From: Octopus vulgaris
Taxonomy: Eukaryota
Direction of reading: 5' to 3'
Assembly (NCBI GenBank): GCA_951406725.2
Contig: OX597823.1
Span: 87,916,001-87,980,000, forward strand
Length of the DNA: 64,000 nt
Part shown: positions 41,345 to 53,155 of the stretch, one piece after another
Position numbering within the stretch: the first letter of the stretch is position 1
Layout: every line of letters begins with the position of its first letter
Notes under the pieces: model-generated
What the model was told of the DNA's origin: nothing
Databases searched by the model: none
Seen by the model: the letters and a program-made list of their open reading frames with translations, nothing else
Position numbers and translations under genes: made by a program

Positions 41345-41376
<32 letters not shown>

Positions 41377-41937
41377 GCATATAAATGCACATACACATAA
41401 ATACAAACATTCGCGCGTACGCACACGCACACACACACACACACACACATACATGTATATATTAAAACACGATCCGAATAAATCATTATATTCAAAATAG
41501 TATTGTTTATGATTATATGTGTGTTTGTGTGCGTGTGAGTACGTGAGTGTTTGTGTGTGTATGTATATCTTTTTTATATCATTCAGTTTAGACTGAGTAT
41601 ATATACTTGATATATACTTGATATACTTTATTATAGCTTTTATGTGCATTTTTCACAATAAATTATGTTCATAGGTGTGCCGTTGTGTATATGCATGCGT
41701 GCACGCGTGCGGTGGAAATGTATGATGTGTGCACGCGTGTCTGTTATTACCTGGTCATAATTAATACTTTGAGAAAAAAGTTAGTGGACGGCTAGAAGCA
41801 CATACCTTATACTCTTTGTCTTTTTGCTGCATCGTTCTTCGTTTATGACAAGGCTGTTAATTGAAATAGAGAAAAGAAATAGGTGAGAATAAGACAATTG
41901 CTTACACTACATTCATACATGAAATTCGTAAAACACA

Positions 41938-42164
41938 TACAAGGGTGTGGGTGGGCTAGAAGATCCATTGCTTTAAAAGTATTGCGAAAGGCCAGGGTGG
42001 AAACTCAAAATTCCGAGTTCTTTTACAGGGCTCAGAAAAACGGAAGCACCGATCCAATAAGTGTGTGAAGCCGACAAGGGAATGTGTTGAATATAATCAT
42101 AATTAATTAATCCTCGTGTATTTTCTTTTACACAAAACCAGGAACTTTTTAGCAACCCCTCATA
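41938..42164. mobile_element. Tc1/mariner-type MITE
   Basis: Right end reverse complement tatgaggggttgctaaaaagttcctggtttt (TACGAGGG-like mariner TIR); degenerate left end tacaagggtg...gctagaagatccattgcttt; TA at both ends. Confidence 0.6.
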
Positions 42165-43280
42165 ATAGGGAGAGTATTTGAAAAACAATAGGTAGTGACA
42201 GGAATTGTATATAAAGGGAGATGTGGATACATCTAAAGCTAAGGTCTCACCGGATCCTGACACTGATTTTATGTGCCTCCACCACCCACTATAACACTAG
42301 ATTTTATGCCAATATGAGTCTAATTAACTGTTGTGTGGAAGCCCCCAGACGATGAAGTGGGCTAGCCTAATACGTAGATATAGAGAGAGAAGCCTAGACG
42401 TCAGGAGCACAGCTGAGTAGCAGGCGAAGAGAACAGTAGACTAGAACAGAGTAGAATTGAGTAGTAGAGGCATCCGAACGTGCGATATAGCAAAAGCCAT
42501 CTGAGGATAATCCCACGTAGGATAAAGCTTCGCATCTGGTCATCTTCATAACTGTGACGGACAAACGTGATATCATACACGCGTGCGCGCGTAAACAAAC
42601 ATGTGCAACTGCTATATATAAATACATGTGAGTGTGTATGTATATTTGTATGCATATGTATCAATACGGCAAATTCATTCAGTGCTACAGATACACATAT
42701 AAAAGCTCCTAGACATTATTCAGTAAAGGTAATATATTGAGAATGAATTTCCTCTAACGCAGATACATTTGGTACCCTCGCAGATTACTTTTCTGTGACT
42801 GAAGGTTCTTTGAAATAATAATTATATTTATATTATTATTAGAGTAATAATCTGGATTTCCCGCGGTTTCAGTGTATCTTTTCATGAAGTCATGTTCATG
42901 CTTTATTACAGCAGAGTTAAATTTAATTTCATTCATATTTTTCAGACTCAACAATGTTCCAAGCAGGTAGCTTGTTTGCAGGAACATTTTAGTATCTCGC
43001 TCAAAAAGAAAGTTTTATTTTGTAATATTCAAAATATTTTTCCTGCAGGCAAATCTACATTTGTTATTGACCCAAAATAATACCTAATATGCACACTAAA
43101 GATAATCCTACATCAAGAGATATTTGTTAGAATCATCTATATAAATGATCTAATATAGCTACAATGATATTTATAGTCATTATACAGCGACATGACACCT
43201 TAAGATTCACAAAATTGCCACTTCACGTGAAAACTGAATTTTACTATTGTTGTAAGAATTTACGCCAATGAGTATATATA

Positions 43281-44472
43281 TCTCTCTATATATAAAACTG
43301 AGAATGTGTGTCTGTCTGTGTGTTTCCCTAAAACTTGAGAACTACACAACCAATTTCCTTCAAATTTTACACATGCCTTACTTAGTGTCCGGGGATGTGT
43401 CATCGCAAAAAAAAACTTTTAACTTTTTGCCTAGGGCGAGCCCACAGCAGTATCATATCTTCTCCACTACGATTCCCTAAAACTTGAGAACTACACAACC
43501 AATTTCATTCAAATATTACACATGCCTTACTTCGGGTCCGTGTAGTTTCACTGGCAAAAAAATGTTCAACTTCTTGCCTAGAGCGAGCCCATAGCAATAT
43601 CATATCTTCTCCACTATATTCAGTATTACGTGTTAAAAGTGAAACAAAAACATTTCTCTATTTTATGTCAGATGCTTTCACTTTACAATAAAAATAATAA
43701 TAACAATTGAATTATATGTAGTAAGTAATAATTAAAATCAAACTAAAGTATAATATAATCGTAACATAACAAAAGTAAAAATAGCAATTGGTATAAAATT
43801 GTATCAATGATTTGAACTTGAATAAGTGGTTTCACATGATTGGGAAAAAATTAAAATAAAATTAGTGTGCAGAAATGGAATAGTCCAGATGGATAATAAA
43901 AAATTAAATTAAAGAAAAGACTATTGTCTATAAAGAATACAATGAAGAGAAAAAAGAAGATTTGAACACCTGGAGGAAAGCACCTTCGAAAAGTGTCTTG
44001 GTGCGACTATGAAAGATATCTAACCAGAGGCGGTAAATTCGCCACAATAGAAGCAATGTTCGAGTCAACGGAGCGTGCAAGGGAGTACTCGACTCGAACT
44101 TGCAAAGTGGAAATATTTTATTTTCACCTTTATATCTGGGACGTAGGACGTCCCGCATAAAAATTTTAAATGCCCCCCTCCCCGCCCCAGAAGTAGAGGT
44201 AGGCTGGATTGTAGCCACACTTCTATACAAGAGGGAGGACAAGATACAATTGATCGAAATTACAAGAGACGGGCTAACAATTCCAGTCTGTTATATATTT
44301 TGAGTATTGTTATCACTAGCGATATCAAGATATAACTTTGTATTTTGTATTTTATGTGTAGATGTATATATATATATATATATATAGATGTACATGTAAT
44401 ATGTACACATATATATACACATATACACATGTACTAGCACTATGACCCGGCAACGACGGGTCATAATGCTAG
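43281..44472 (+). mobile_element. Non-autonomous Helitron-like element with internal tandem duplication and a captured fragment
   Basis: a|TCTCTCTATATATAAAA 5' end; 3' GC hairpin tatgacccg-gcaacga-cgggtcata followed by CTAG|t (44469-44473); 149-bp-period duplication at 43324-43469 and 43473-43616. Confidence 0.7.
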
Positions 44473-44657
44473 TATATATATATAATGAGAATTCACACGG
44501 CAAGGCAAAAGACGGGTATGCAAACACCAAACAGATGTATTTGTTTAACGCTCGGGAAGTGAGAAAGTTTTTTATGTTTCCAGCCTACGCTCTTCGACAG
44601 AAAGGAACAGAGAAATAAACGAGGAGAGAAAATAGAAAAAGGTTTAGTAGCTAGCGA

Positions 44658-44716
<59 letters not shown>

Positions 44717-44722
44717 AAAATC

Positions 44723-45113
44723 AAGGTAGAAAATACTAAAGTAACTTTACATAAAACATTTCGGTACCGGTTTCGGTAATTGAGACTTTTCCAACTGTAA
44801 GTATAGAAAACAATTAAATTTTGGAAAAATTAAATTATAAGTTTCTGAAAAGAATATTTGCATAGTATTCAAATACAAGGGGCATTTTACCTTGTTTCTC
44901 TGTCTCTGTCTTCAAGAGTAAACAAGAGAGGCAGAGACAGGCAAAAACAAGGGAAATGCCCCTTGTATTTGAATACTATGCAAATATTCTTTTAAGAGCT
45001 TTTCATTTAGATTTTCCAAAATTTAATTGTTTTCCATAATTACAGTAGAACTCTCAGTAACTGAAACCAGTAATGAATGTTTTTCATAAAATTATTTTAG
45101 CATTTTCTACCTT
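44723..45113. repeat. Foldback element following (TA)n
   Basis: ~190-bp arms; perfect 40-bp segment 44848-44887 / 44954-44993. A partial related end occurs at ~49925-49960. Confidence 0.95.
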
Positions 45114-46219
45114 CACGTTTTTCCATATATAATCTTCTACACACATATATATACACACAAAACGGATGTATTTAAACGCAGAACCGCTGACAAGTTTCAA
45201 TTTGAACATCTTCAAAATCAACAAATTTTCTTAAAAGGTGTGAAAAACATATTTATTTTTAAAACATTTGTCGCATATTGTTTTGTTAGTTTCACAATAT
45301 AGTAGAATAATCTTCATTTATAGCAGTATATATTTCGAGTGATAAAAGTTATATTTTCTTAAAAGTTTAACTCATTGTAATGTGTTCACATAATGACTTA
45401 TTTTCATTCAAAGAATGCAGAACGTGTGTTCCAGACCAGACCAGACGTGTTATGTGTCTGCAATTGTAAATATTCTCTCATTTATTATGATGGTATTATG
45501 GAACATACCTCATTCTTACACATAAATGATTTACTTATAAACGATAAAGTTGTCACCACTTACAAAATTCCATCAAAGAAAGTGCAATGTAAAAGTGGAA
45601 ATCTTGTTACTGTTATTGATTTTGTTTTTAAGATGCTCATACATACACAGCTTGTAGGTAAACAATCAAATATATACTTGGCTATTCTTCTAACTATGAC
45701 CAATCCATTTAATTATATACCATTGCATATCGAATTTAGTGACTTAAGTATCTTGTCTACATTATAAATATAAAAAGGAAAGTGTTACCATTCTTTTCAT
45801 ATACTACGGCGTATGGCGGGAAATGAGATTAGCGCCTTCTCTAGATCTTCGACCTGGCTTTTAAAACAGCAATAGTAGATTGGCTGTCACTGGGAGACAG
45901 CATATCAATAGATTGCTAGCCTTGCGATTCTTGAAGTGATACATTATTCCTGATGAAGTGGCGCCAATATTGAGACAATGTATAGACATGTCGCCGATGG
46001 ACATTATTTTACTGCGTAATGCATTAGATGATTATAGAATAAGAATGGGTTACTCTGCTCTATTCTAATTCTCTAACCATACTGATGTTGTACAATCTTA
46101 CTGATTCGACATTCCGTTGATCAGTTTTGCTGCAGTGATATCTCCGGTGATATGACTACGACAAGTTCGGGTCGATCCCAATTATTTACAGAATTATTTA
46201 AAAATTTCTCATTGAGTGT

Positions 46220-46522
46220 GAAGGCGCGTGGCTTAGTGGTTAGGCTGTTTGGCTGATGATCGCGAGGTTGTAAGTTCGATTCCCGGCGGCGCGTTGTTTC
46301 CTTGGGCAAGAAACTATATTTGACGTTGCTCCATTCTATTCAAGTGTTAAAAATGTATGATATCTGTATTTCAAAGTGCCAGCTTTTACACATTCCTTGA
46401 GAACTACGCTAAGGTACCCATGCCTGCAGAGTGCTCAGTCACTGCACATTAATTTTCATGAGCAAACTGTTCACCTGATCGGATCAACCTGACCACTCGT
46501 CATCGTAACCGTCGGAAATGCC
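46220..46522 (+). mobile_element. SINE family B
   Basis: ggcgcgtggcttagtggttagg...gttcgattccc...gttgtttccttgggcaag...catcgtaaccgtcggaaatgcc; colinear with 14016-14337. Confidence 0.85.
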
Positions 46523-46761
46523 ACTCATTGAGGGATAATGTTACCCCCTCCGTATAGATAACGATAATAAGCTTTATAATGCAATCTAGTCAGTGTTAAT
46601 AAACATACCTTATAATTAGTGACTTCAATTACTTTGAATTTAATTTTGTGAAATATTCATTCAGTCGTGACTACTTAGAGGAGAGAGATATGAAAAGTAG
46701 GTCTTTAGGGGGGTGCGTTAAAAACTGATGGATTAAATATTTCAGTAGAAATATATATGTC

Positions 46762-46973
46762 TAAGCAGACAAGCCAAAGTTGGAATACATATTAGCTGTG
46801 AATGTCAAATAGTCGTTAACATATTGCATATCTGGTTGCTATAGAACTTTTCAAGACCAAGCAAATGTATACATAACGTGCAAGAGTACTTTCTTCCAGT
46901 CTATGCAAATATCTATATATATTTTCGCGACTGTAGATTCTATTATCGCATTAATAAATTAATATGGAATATT
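46762..46973 (+). repeat. Left arm of a ~210-bp dispersed inverted repeat
   Basis: Reverse complement of 52131-52347 with scattered mismatches (e.g. gttaacatattgcatatctggttgctatagaacttttcaagac is identical). Confidence 0.95.
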
Positions 46974-47665
46974 CTAAACACAACATATATCCAAGAACAC
47001 CGACGAAAAAAATATTCTGAGACAATAATAAAATATATATAACCATACAGAAAGACACACACATATATATATGTGCATATTAACACACCTAATAGGCACG
47101 TGTGTATGTGAGTGTGTATAAATGTTACACCCATATTTAATATTCATATATTATATCCATATAAATGTGCGTATACAAATATATGTGCGTGAATGTGTAT
47201 CTGTATGCGTCCTCTTTCCGTTTATGTTTCTGTGTTTATATGTGTTTGTGTGAACATGCTTATGTCTGTGAAAGCGTATATGAGAGTGCTGCGAGTGTCT
47301 GTATGGACATGCAAGCACACATATTACAATAGCTCGTAAAATATAACGTGATAGACGTCTACAGTCTTTGTAGAAATAGTAATTTAAGCATCATAAGTTT
47401 CGTGTTGTTTGTTCTGATAACAGATTTATGTTAGCCAAATGAATGGTGTACCAATGCATACAAAGACTTTCCAATATCTGTTCATAATCTTGGGAAATAT
47501 ATTATATGAGAAACGAGAATAATTGGATTTTCCAAACTTTGAAAATCTTATAAATTACGGCTGTCTTGCAGTTGAATAATATAGACTTATCACAATTTAC
47601 AAACCTGCATGAACACACAAATATTTACAAGTATACACGAGTGAATATATAGGTATGCGTGTGTA

Positions 47666-47714
<49 letters not shown>

Positions 47715-47959
47715 CTAAATATTTATGTATGTGTGTACGTATATATAAATATATACATATATGTATATATGTGTATATATATATGCATATGTATATATAT
47801 ATATGCATATTTATATGTATATATATACATATGTATATATGTGTATATATATACGTTATATATGTGTACATATGTATATATATGTATACACATATATATA
47901 CATATATGTATATATATACATATATATACATATATATATATATATACATATATTATATA

Positions 47960-47995
47960 TATACATATATAATTACATATATATATATATATACA

Positions 47996-48039
<44 letters not shown>

Positions 48040-48058
48040 TAATTACATATATATATAC

Positions 48059-48093
<35 letters not shown>

Positions 48094-48766
48094 CATATAT
48101 AATTAATATATATATATACATATATAATTACATATATATATATACATATATAATTACATATATATACATATAATTATATATATATATATACATATATAAT
48201 TAATATATATATATATACATATATAATTACATATATATATACATATATAATTACATATATATATATACATATATAATTACATATATATATATATATACAT
48301 ATATAATTACATATATATATATACATATATAATTACATATATATATATACATATATAATTAATATAATATATATATACATATATAATTACATATATATAT
48401 ATACATATATAATTACATATATATATATACATATATAATACTATATATATATATATATAATTACATATATATATATACATATATAATTACATATATATAT
48501 ACATATATAATTATATATATATATATATACATATATAATTACATATATATATATATACATATATAATTACATATATATATATATACATATATAATTACAT
48601 ATATATATATACATATATAATATAATATATATATATACATATATAATTACATATATATATATATACATATATAATTACATATATATATATATACATATAT
48701 AATTACATATATATATATACATATATAATTACATATATATATATATATATATACATATATAATTAC

Positions 48767-48800
<34 letters not shown>
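47960..48800. repeat. TA-derived minisatellite, unit CATATATAATTACA(TA)n
   Basis: Roughly 30 tandem units of ~22-32 bp with a variable (TA)n spacer, preceded by a degenerate TA/TG tract from ~47670. Confidence 0.95.
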
Positions 48801-48822
<22 letters not shown>

Positions 48823-49560
48823 AGACAGATATAAATATATATATTTATATTCATAAACATTTACATATATGTTATGCATGAATAATGAATATATTTGTGA
48901 ACGAGCCTGTGTATTCTTCTTTGTGTATCAGTGTATATGGATGAGTATGAGAGGGTGGGTGTATATATGATATGATAAACAGTTTCTTATAGCTGCAATG
49001 TTTACATTCATGATTTAAAGTCTCTTTTTGTGACACTTCAGACACCGAATATAAGAGTCATAAATAAGACGCATGATATTCACATATTACAACAAGGAAA
49101 CATAAAAAAAACAAGAACAAAATGAAAAAAATAGTAAGAGAAAAACAGAAGACGAGATTTTTATATATAAACCGTTATATGAATCCTATTGTTAAATCGA
49201 AATGTTAGTATACCTGATATATACCTATTGTTGGGTGTGAGAGACACTCGAGCGCTCAGTGTATGTCAATATTGAAACGATAGATACAAAGTTTTATACC
49301 TAAATTGTTGAGGTATTATATACGTACGTGTATATCTATCTACCTATCTAACTATATATCTATCAACCTATAGATACATATATATATACTAATACATCTG
49401 TTTGTTTGTACACAACCTGCCTTCGTCTTTTGTTTATTTTCGTAAACTTTCCCTTTATATATACACACTCATCTCTGAGCGCATTGCATCTTATAGTAAA
49501 ATCATCTGTAATCTACTGACGTTTACTCTAATTTCCAGTCCCTTCATTTGATTTCATATT

Positions 49561-49598
<38 letters not shown>

Positions 49599-49974
49599 GG
49601 GGGGGGTGTATATATATATAAATAAATGTATATATATACAAATGTCTGCCTGTATGTATGTGTACATATATGCACATATATATATATGTTACTGTAAAAA
49701 TAATAAGAGTAGGAAGTTAAGAAAAATATCTTCATACCGGTGGCTAGCATGCGTAATAAAGTCAATAGACAATATATTTTCATATATAACAGTGTATATT
49801 TACGTATTTATACAATTTACGTATTTATACATGAAAGAGCTGATCTTTTGCAGGACACTTTACATGCTAGAAAGCCAAGATTTAAATGTTTCCCGAAATC
49901 GCTCCTGAAAGGATTCTTAAAAAAATAATTTTAACATTTTCTACCTTGATTTTTTTCCATATATATATATATAT

Positions 49975-50226
49975 AGGGATAGACGTAACAATACAGGACT
50001 TAGTAAATTAATTTGGTATTTAAAAGACCACTATAAACAATTTAATTTCGATTGGTTGATTCTCTCAATTTCGATATTTTATGATAAAGGCAAGGAATTC
50101 TGTCTTCTCTGTAATTCTTAACTATTCTTTATTCTTTTTTCTAAAAATACCCTTGTAAACACGGTTATAGAGGGTACATACCGATGTAAACATTGGCAGA
50201 AACACAACTTTAGTTCATGTAAGTGA
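49975..50226 (+). mobile_element. Penelope-like element, C-terminal GIY-YIG endonuclease fragment (pseudogenised)
   Basis: Translates as RDRRNNTGLSKLIWYLKDHYKQFNFDWLILSISIFYDKGKEFCLLCNS*LFFILFSKNTLVNTVIEGTYRCKHWQKHNFSSCK*, matching the PLE pattern T.LS..IW.LK...F...W.I...Y......C.LC..E...LN...E...C.H. One premature stop falls where E is expected; the fragment starts at a (TA)n tract. Confidence 0.8.
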
Positions 50227-50380
50227 TATCTATCATTATATATAATTTATCATTAATTTTCTTCTCACATTTAATTGAAATATCGTTATATATTTCTTAT
50301 TTATATATATATATATATGAGTAACTTTAGTGCTGTATATATTTCTACTTTTCGGTTGTAGAATTGCGAATGAGTCATCC

Positions 50381-50414
<34 letters not shown>

Positions 50415-50722
50415 ACATGGGGTCACACGGCTGGGTGGAATTGCGTGAAAAATTAAACAGACGTGTAGAATGATCAGGTTGTATAACTGGGGTTTATATT
50501 TTTTCATAGCGCTCATGGTTACCGAGATAATCTACTATAATAATACTCTTTTGTTTATGAATAAGAATAGAATGGGTGATAGATGAATAAGGAATGAAGG
50601 GTTGATGACCAAGCACTCAGCTCTGACCGCATTGCCTTTTATTGCAAAAATAGCTGTAAACTAATGAAATCCATTGTACAATTTCATACTCCTTCGTTTA
50701 ATTTTGTATGTATGTATGTATG

Positions 50723-50781
<59 letters not shown>

Positions 50782-50800
50782 ATATTATATATATATAAGT

Positions 50801-50843
50801 CCACCTGAAGATTGTCGATCAAGACAAGAAACGATTGTAGTGG
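50801..50843 (+). ncRNA. Minimal type I hammerhead ribozyme motif (Penelope-like element type)
   Basis: ccac-CTGAAGA-ttgtc(gatcaa)gacaa-GAAA-c(gatt)g-TA-gtgg: helix I ccac/gtgg, intact CUGANGA core, 5-bp helix II, GAAA, minimal helix III, and a GUA cleavage triplet ending at 50839. Confidence 0.75.
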
Positions 50844-50934
50844 CGGTTTTTTTTACTATTTATTAAAATTTTATGTATTGATTAAGTCTTTCCTTGTTTG
50901 TTTTGCAAAATAGTGGTTTTGTCTCTAATATATA

Positions 50935-50972
<38 letters not shown>

Positions 50973-51739
50973 ATTTGTTTGAAAGCCACGATCTGACCCT
51001 TACCCAATGAACAGAATTGGATTATGGACGCAGTTTCTAAACCTGTCAGAATTTAAGTCCCGAATCGTTAATATTTATTGCTGTTGAGACATGCCTTTTG
51101 GGTGCACGCTTCTGTGAAGCATTCAGCCACTCACAGTCTGATCTAATTATTAAAACTTTGCGTTTATCAGTATACAGTAAGTGCTCGCAACGTCGAAAAT
51201 CATAATATATTAATTTACAGCTAAACATATACATGTCTGTATAATATATATTTTTTCATACATATGCACTCCGTAATCAGATGTAGACGATTTGAGAGAG
51301 AGAGAGACAAAGAGAGAAATATGTGTATACGTGATGCCTTGTCTGAGTGTTGGAGTGTTTGTGTCTAGAATGTAGCGTATCGGTTATTGACCTTTTGCTG
51401 TTCGGCATGACATGTGAAAATGTAGCATTATCGCTCGGTCTGAAAGCAGCAATTAACTGATAACGACGAAGGAAAGTAGAATGTTGCATATCGACAATTG
51501 CATTGCAGAAGGATTATGAAGTATAATATTTCACGCGGCAAACAACTAATTCGACAATTCTATTTGAGCGCTATTGTTCTCATTGAATACAATACAATTA
51601 TTACAAAATGAATAACTTCTGCTCGTAACAAATCTCTTTGCCAGGATTCCTTGGCGAAAAGGGTTGCTAGGCAAACTGGGCAACGGAAAATAATGATATA
51701 AATTTGGATAAACCTAGCGCAGTGACAGAGATTATGAAG

Positions 51740-52130
51740 CAATTATGTAGTAATAGTCTGGGTGCATGCGCTGTAACAATGAGTCACTGCATCCATCATT
51801 TGCTGGTGATTCCCTACTCATGGTGGATGACACATTTGTATCACTAAAGAAACATCCATGCTACCCATGGGTCTGATTGAGTGGTTGTTGCGGATGAAGA
51901 TTTTATGGGGTCAGAGTAATCCTACCTCAACCTCTTTCCTATCGCCTTTTACGAGACGTAGAGGAAAGGCTGAGTGTATTCTTTGGTGTGCCAGTCCCCG
52001 AACAGCACTAAAGCAACGCGAAATGAAGCGACTTGCTGAAGAACAAATTACGCCAACCAGTTCGAGATTCGAACCAACGACTTGCCGATCGTGAGAGCAA
52101 CACACTATCTACTAACCCACGCGCTTTCAC
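51740..52130 (-). mobile_element. SINE with family-B-type head and a different tail
   Basis: Reverse complement begins gtgaaagcgcgtgggttagtag...ggttcgaatctc...ttgttcttcagcaagtcgcttcatttcgcgttgct; tail boundary approximate. Confidence 0.7.
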
Positions 52131-52347
52131 AATATTTCATATTAATTTATTAATGCGATACTAGAATCTACAGTCGTGAAAATATATATATAGATATTTG
52201 CATAGACTGGAAGAAAGTTCTTTTGCACGTTATGTATACATTTGCATAGTCTTGAAAAGTTCTATAGCAACCAGATATGCAATATGTTAACGACCATTTA
52301 ATATTCACAGTTAATATGTATTCCAACTTAGACTTGAGACCTGCTTA
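52131..52347 (-). repeat. Right arm of the ~210-bp dispersed inverted repeat
   Basis: See 46762-46973. Confidence 0.95.
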
Positions 52348-52552
52348 AAGGACCAATATCCGTCTATTCTAGAACAGGTTGGTTTTGGTCTCCGACAGTC
52401 TGTTTTTGTGAAATTCCTACTGCTAGCTAGAGTAAAGCGAAACATCCCATTAACATGTATGATGTTGTTAGAAAACTTTATTCGATAATAGTGGAACACT
52501 ATTGTAGAACCCCACACAAAATACCTCTGAAGATATACATACTTACATACGC

Positions 52553-52587
<35 letters not shown>

Positions 52588-52974
52588 CGCATACAAGAGT
52601 TTTTCTTCCATTTCTGCTATTTGACTTTCGCTTGTATTACATTAACTCAATAATTACGCGTTCTTTACTTCTCAATGAAATTACCAAAACACATATTTAT
52701 TGTCTGCTATTTCTGTGAATTTCAATGGCATTTCTATGCGAATACACCATTAAACGTATGTCAATACATGATATTATATGGATACTTATACACCACCTTG
52801 ATCGCTTTGTTACATCTAAAAGTACATTGGCATCATCTGACTTCCTCTGTTTGAGTTTTTGCCTATATATATGACGATGATGGACTCTACTGTCGATGTT
52901 GACGTATAAGCGTTGAGCATTTGCCGAAGGACGTGTACAAATGATTTGTTTATAGTTACCAAATGGTCATGCCG

Positions 52975-53155
52975 TACACTCCCTCCATTGAATCGACGTT
53001 GACTGAACAGGTGCACCGTGTACCATGCGTCAGATGTCGAAGTGATCACAGATCAACGTAAGATGAAGTATTTTGCTCAAGAACACAACTCGCCATTCCT
53101 TCCAGGAATTGAAACCAAGATCTCGCGACCTTGACTCCAAGTCCCTAACCACTAG
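52975..53155 (-). mobile_element. SINE with family-B-type head (short-tail variant)
   Basis: ccctccattgaatcgacgttgactgaacagg...gatgaagtattttgctcaagaacacaac...ggaattgaaacc...cctaaccactag; colinear with 10160-10335. Confidence 0.7.

Noticed and set aside
42495-42545. CTGAGGA followed by an atcc/ggat hairpin
   Set aside because: The second core half (GAAA) is missing and the spacing is wrong.
45945-45990. CTGATGA...GAGAcaatgTA hammerhead-like string
   Set aside because: GAAA is mutated, helix II is mostly G-U and helix I is absent.
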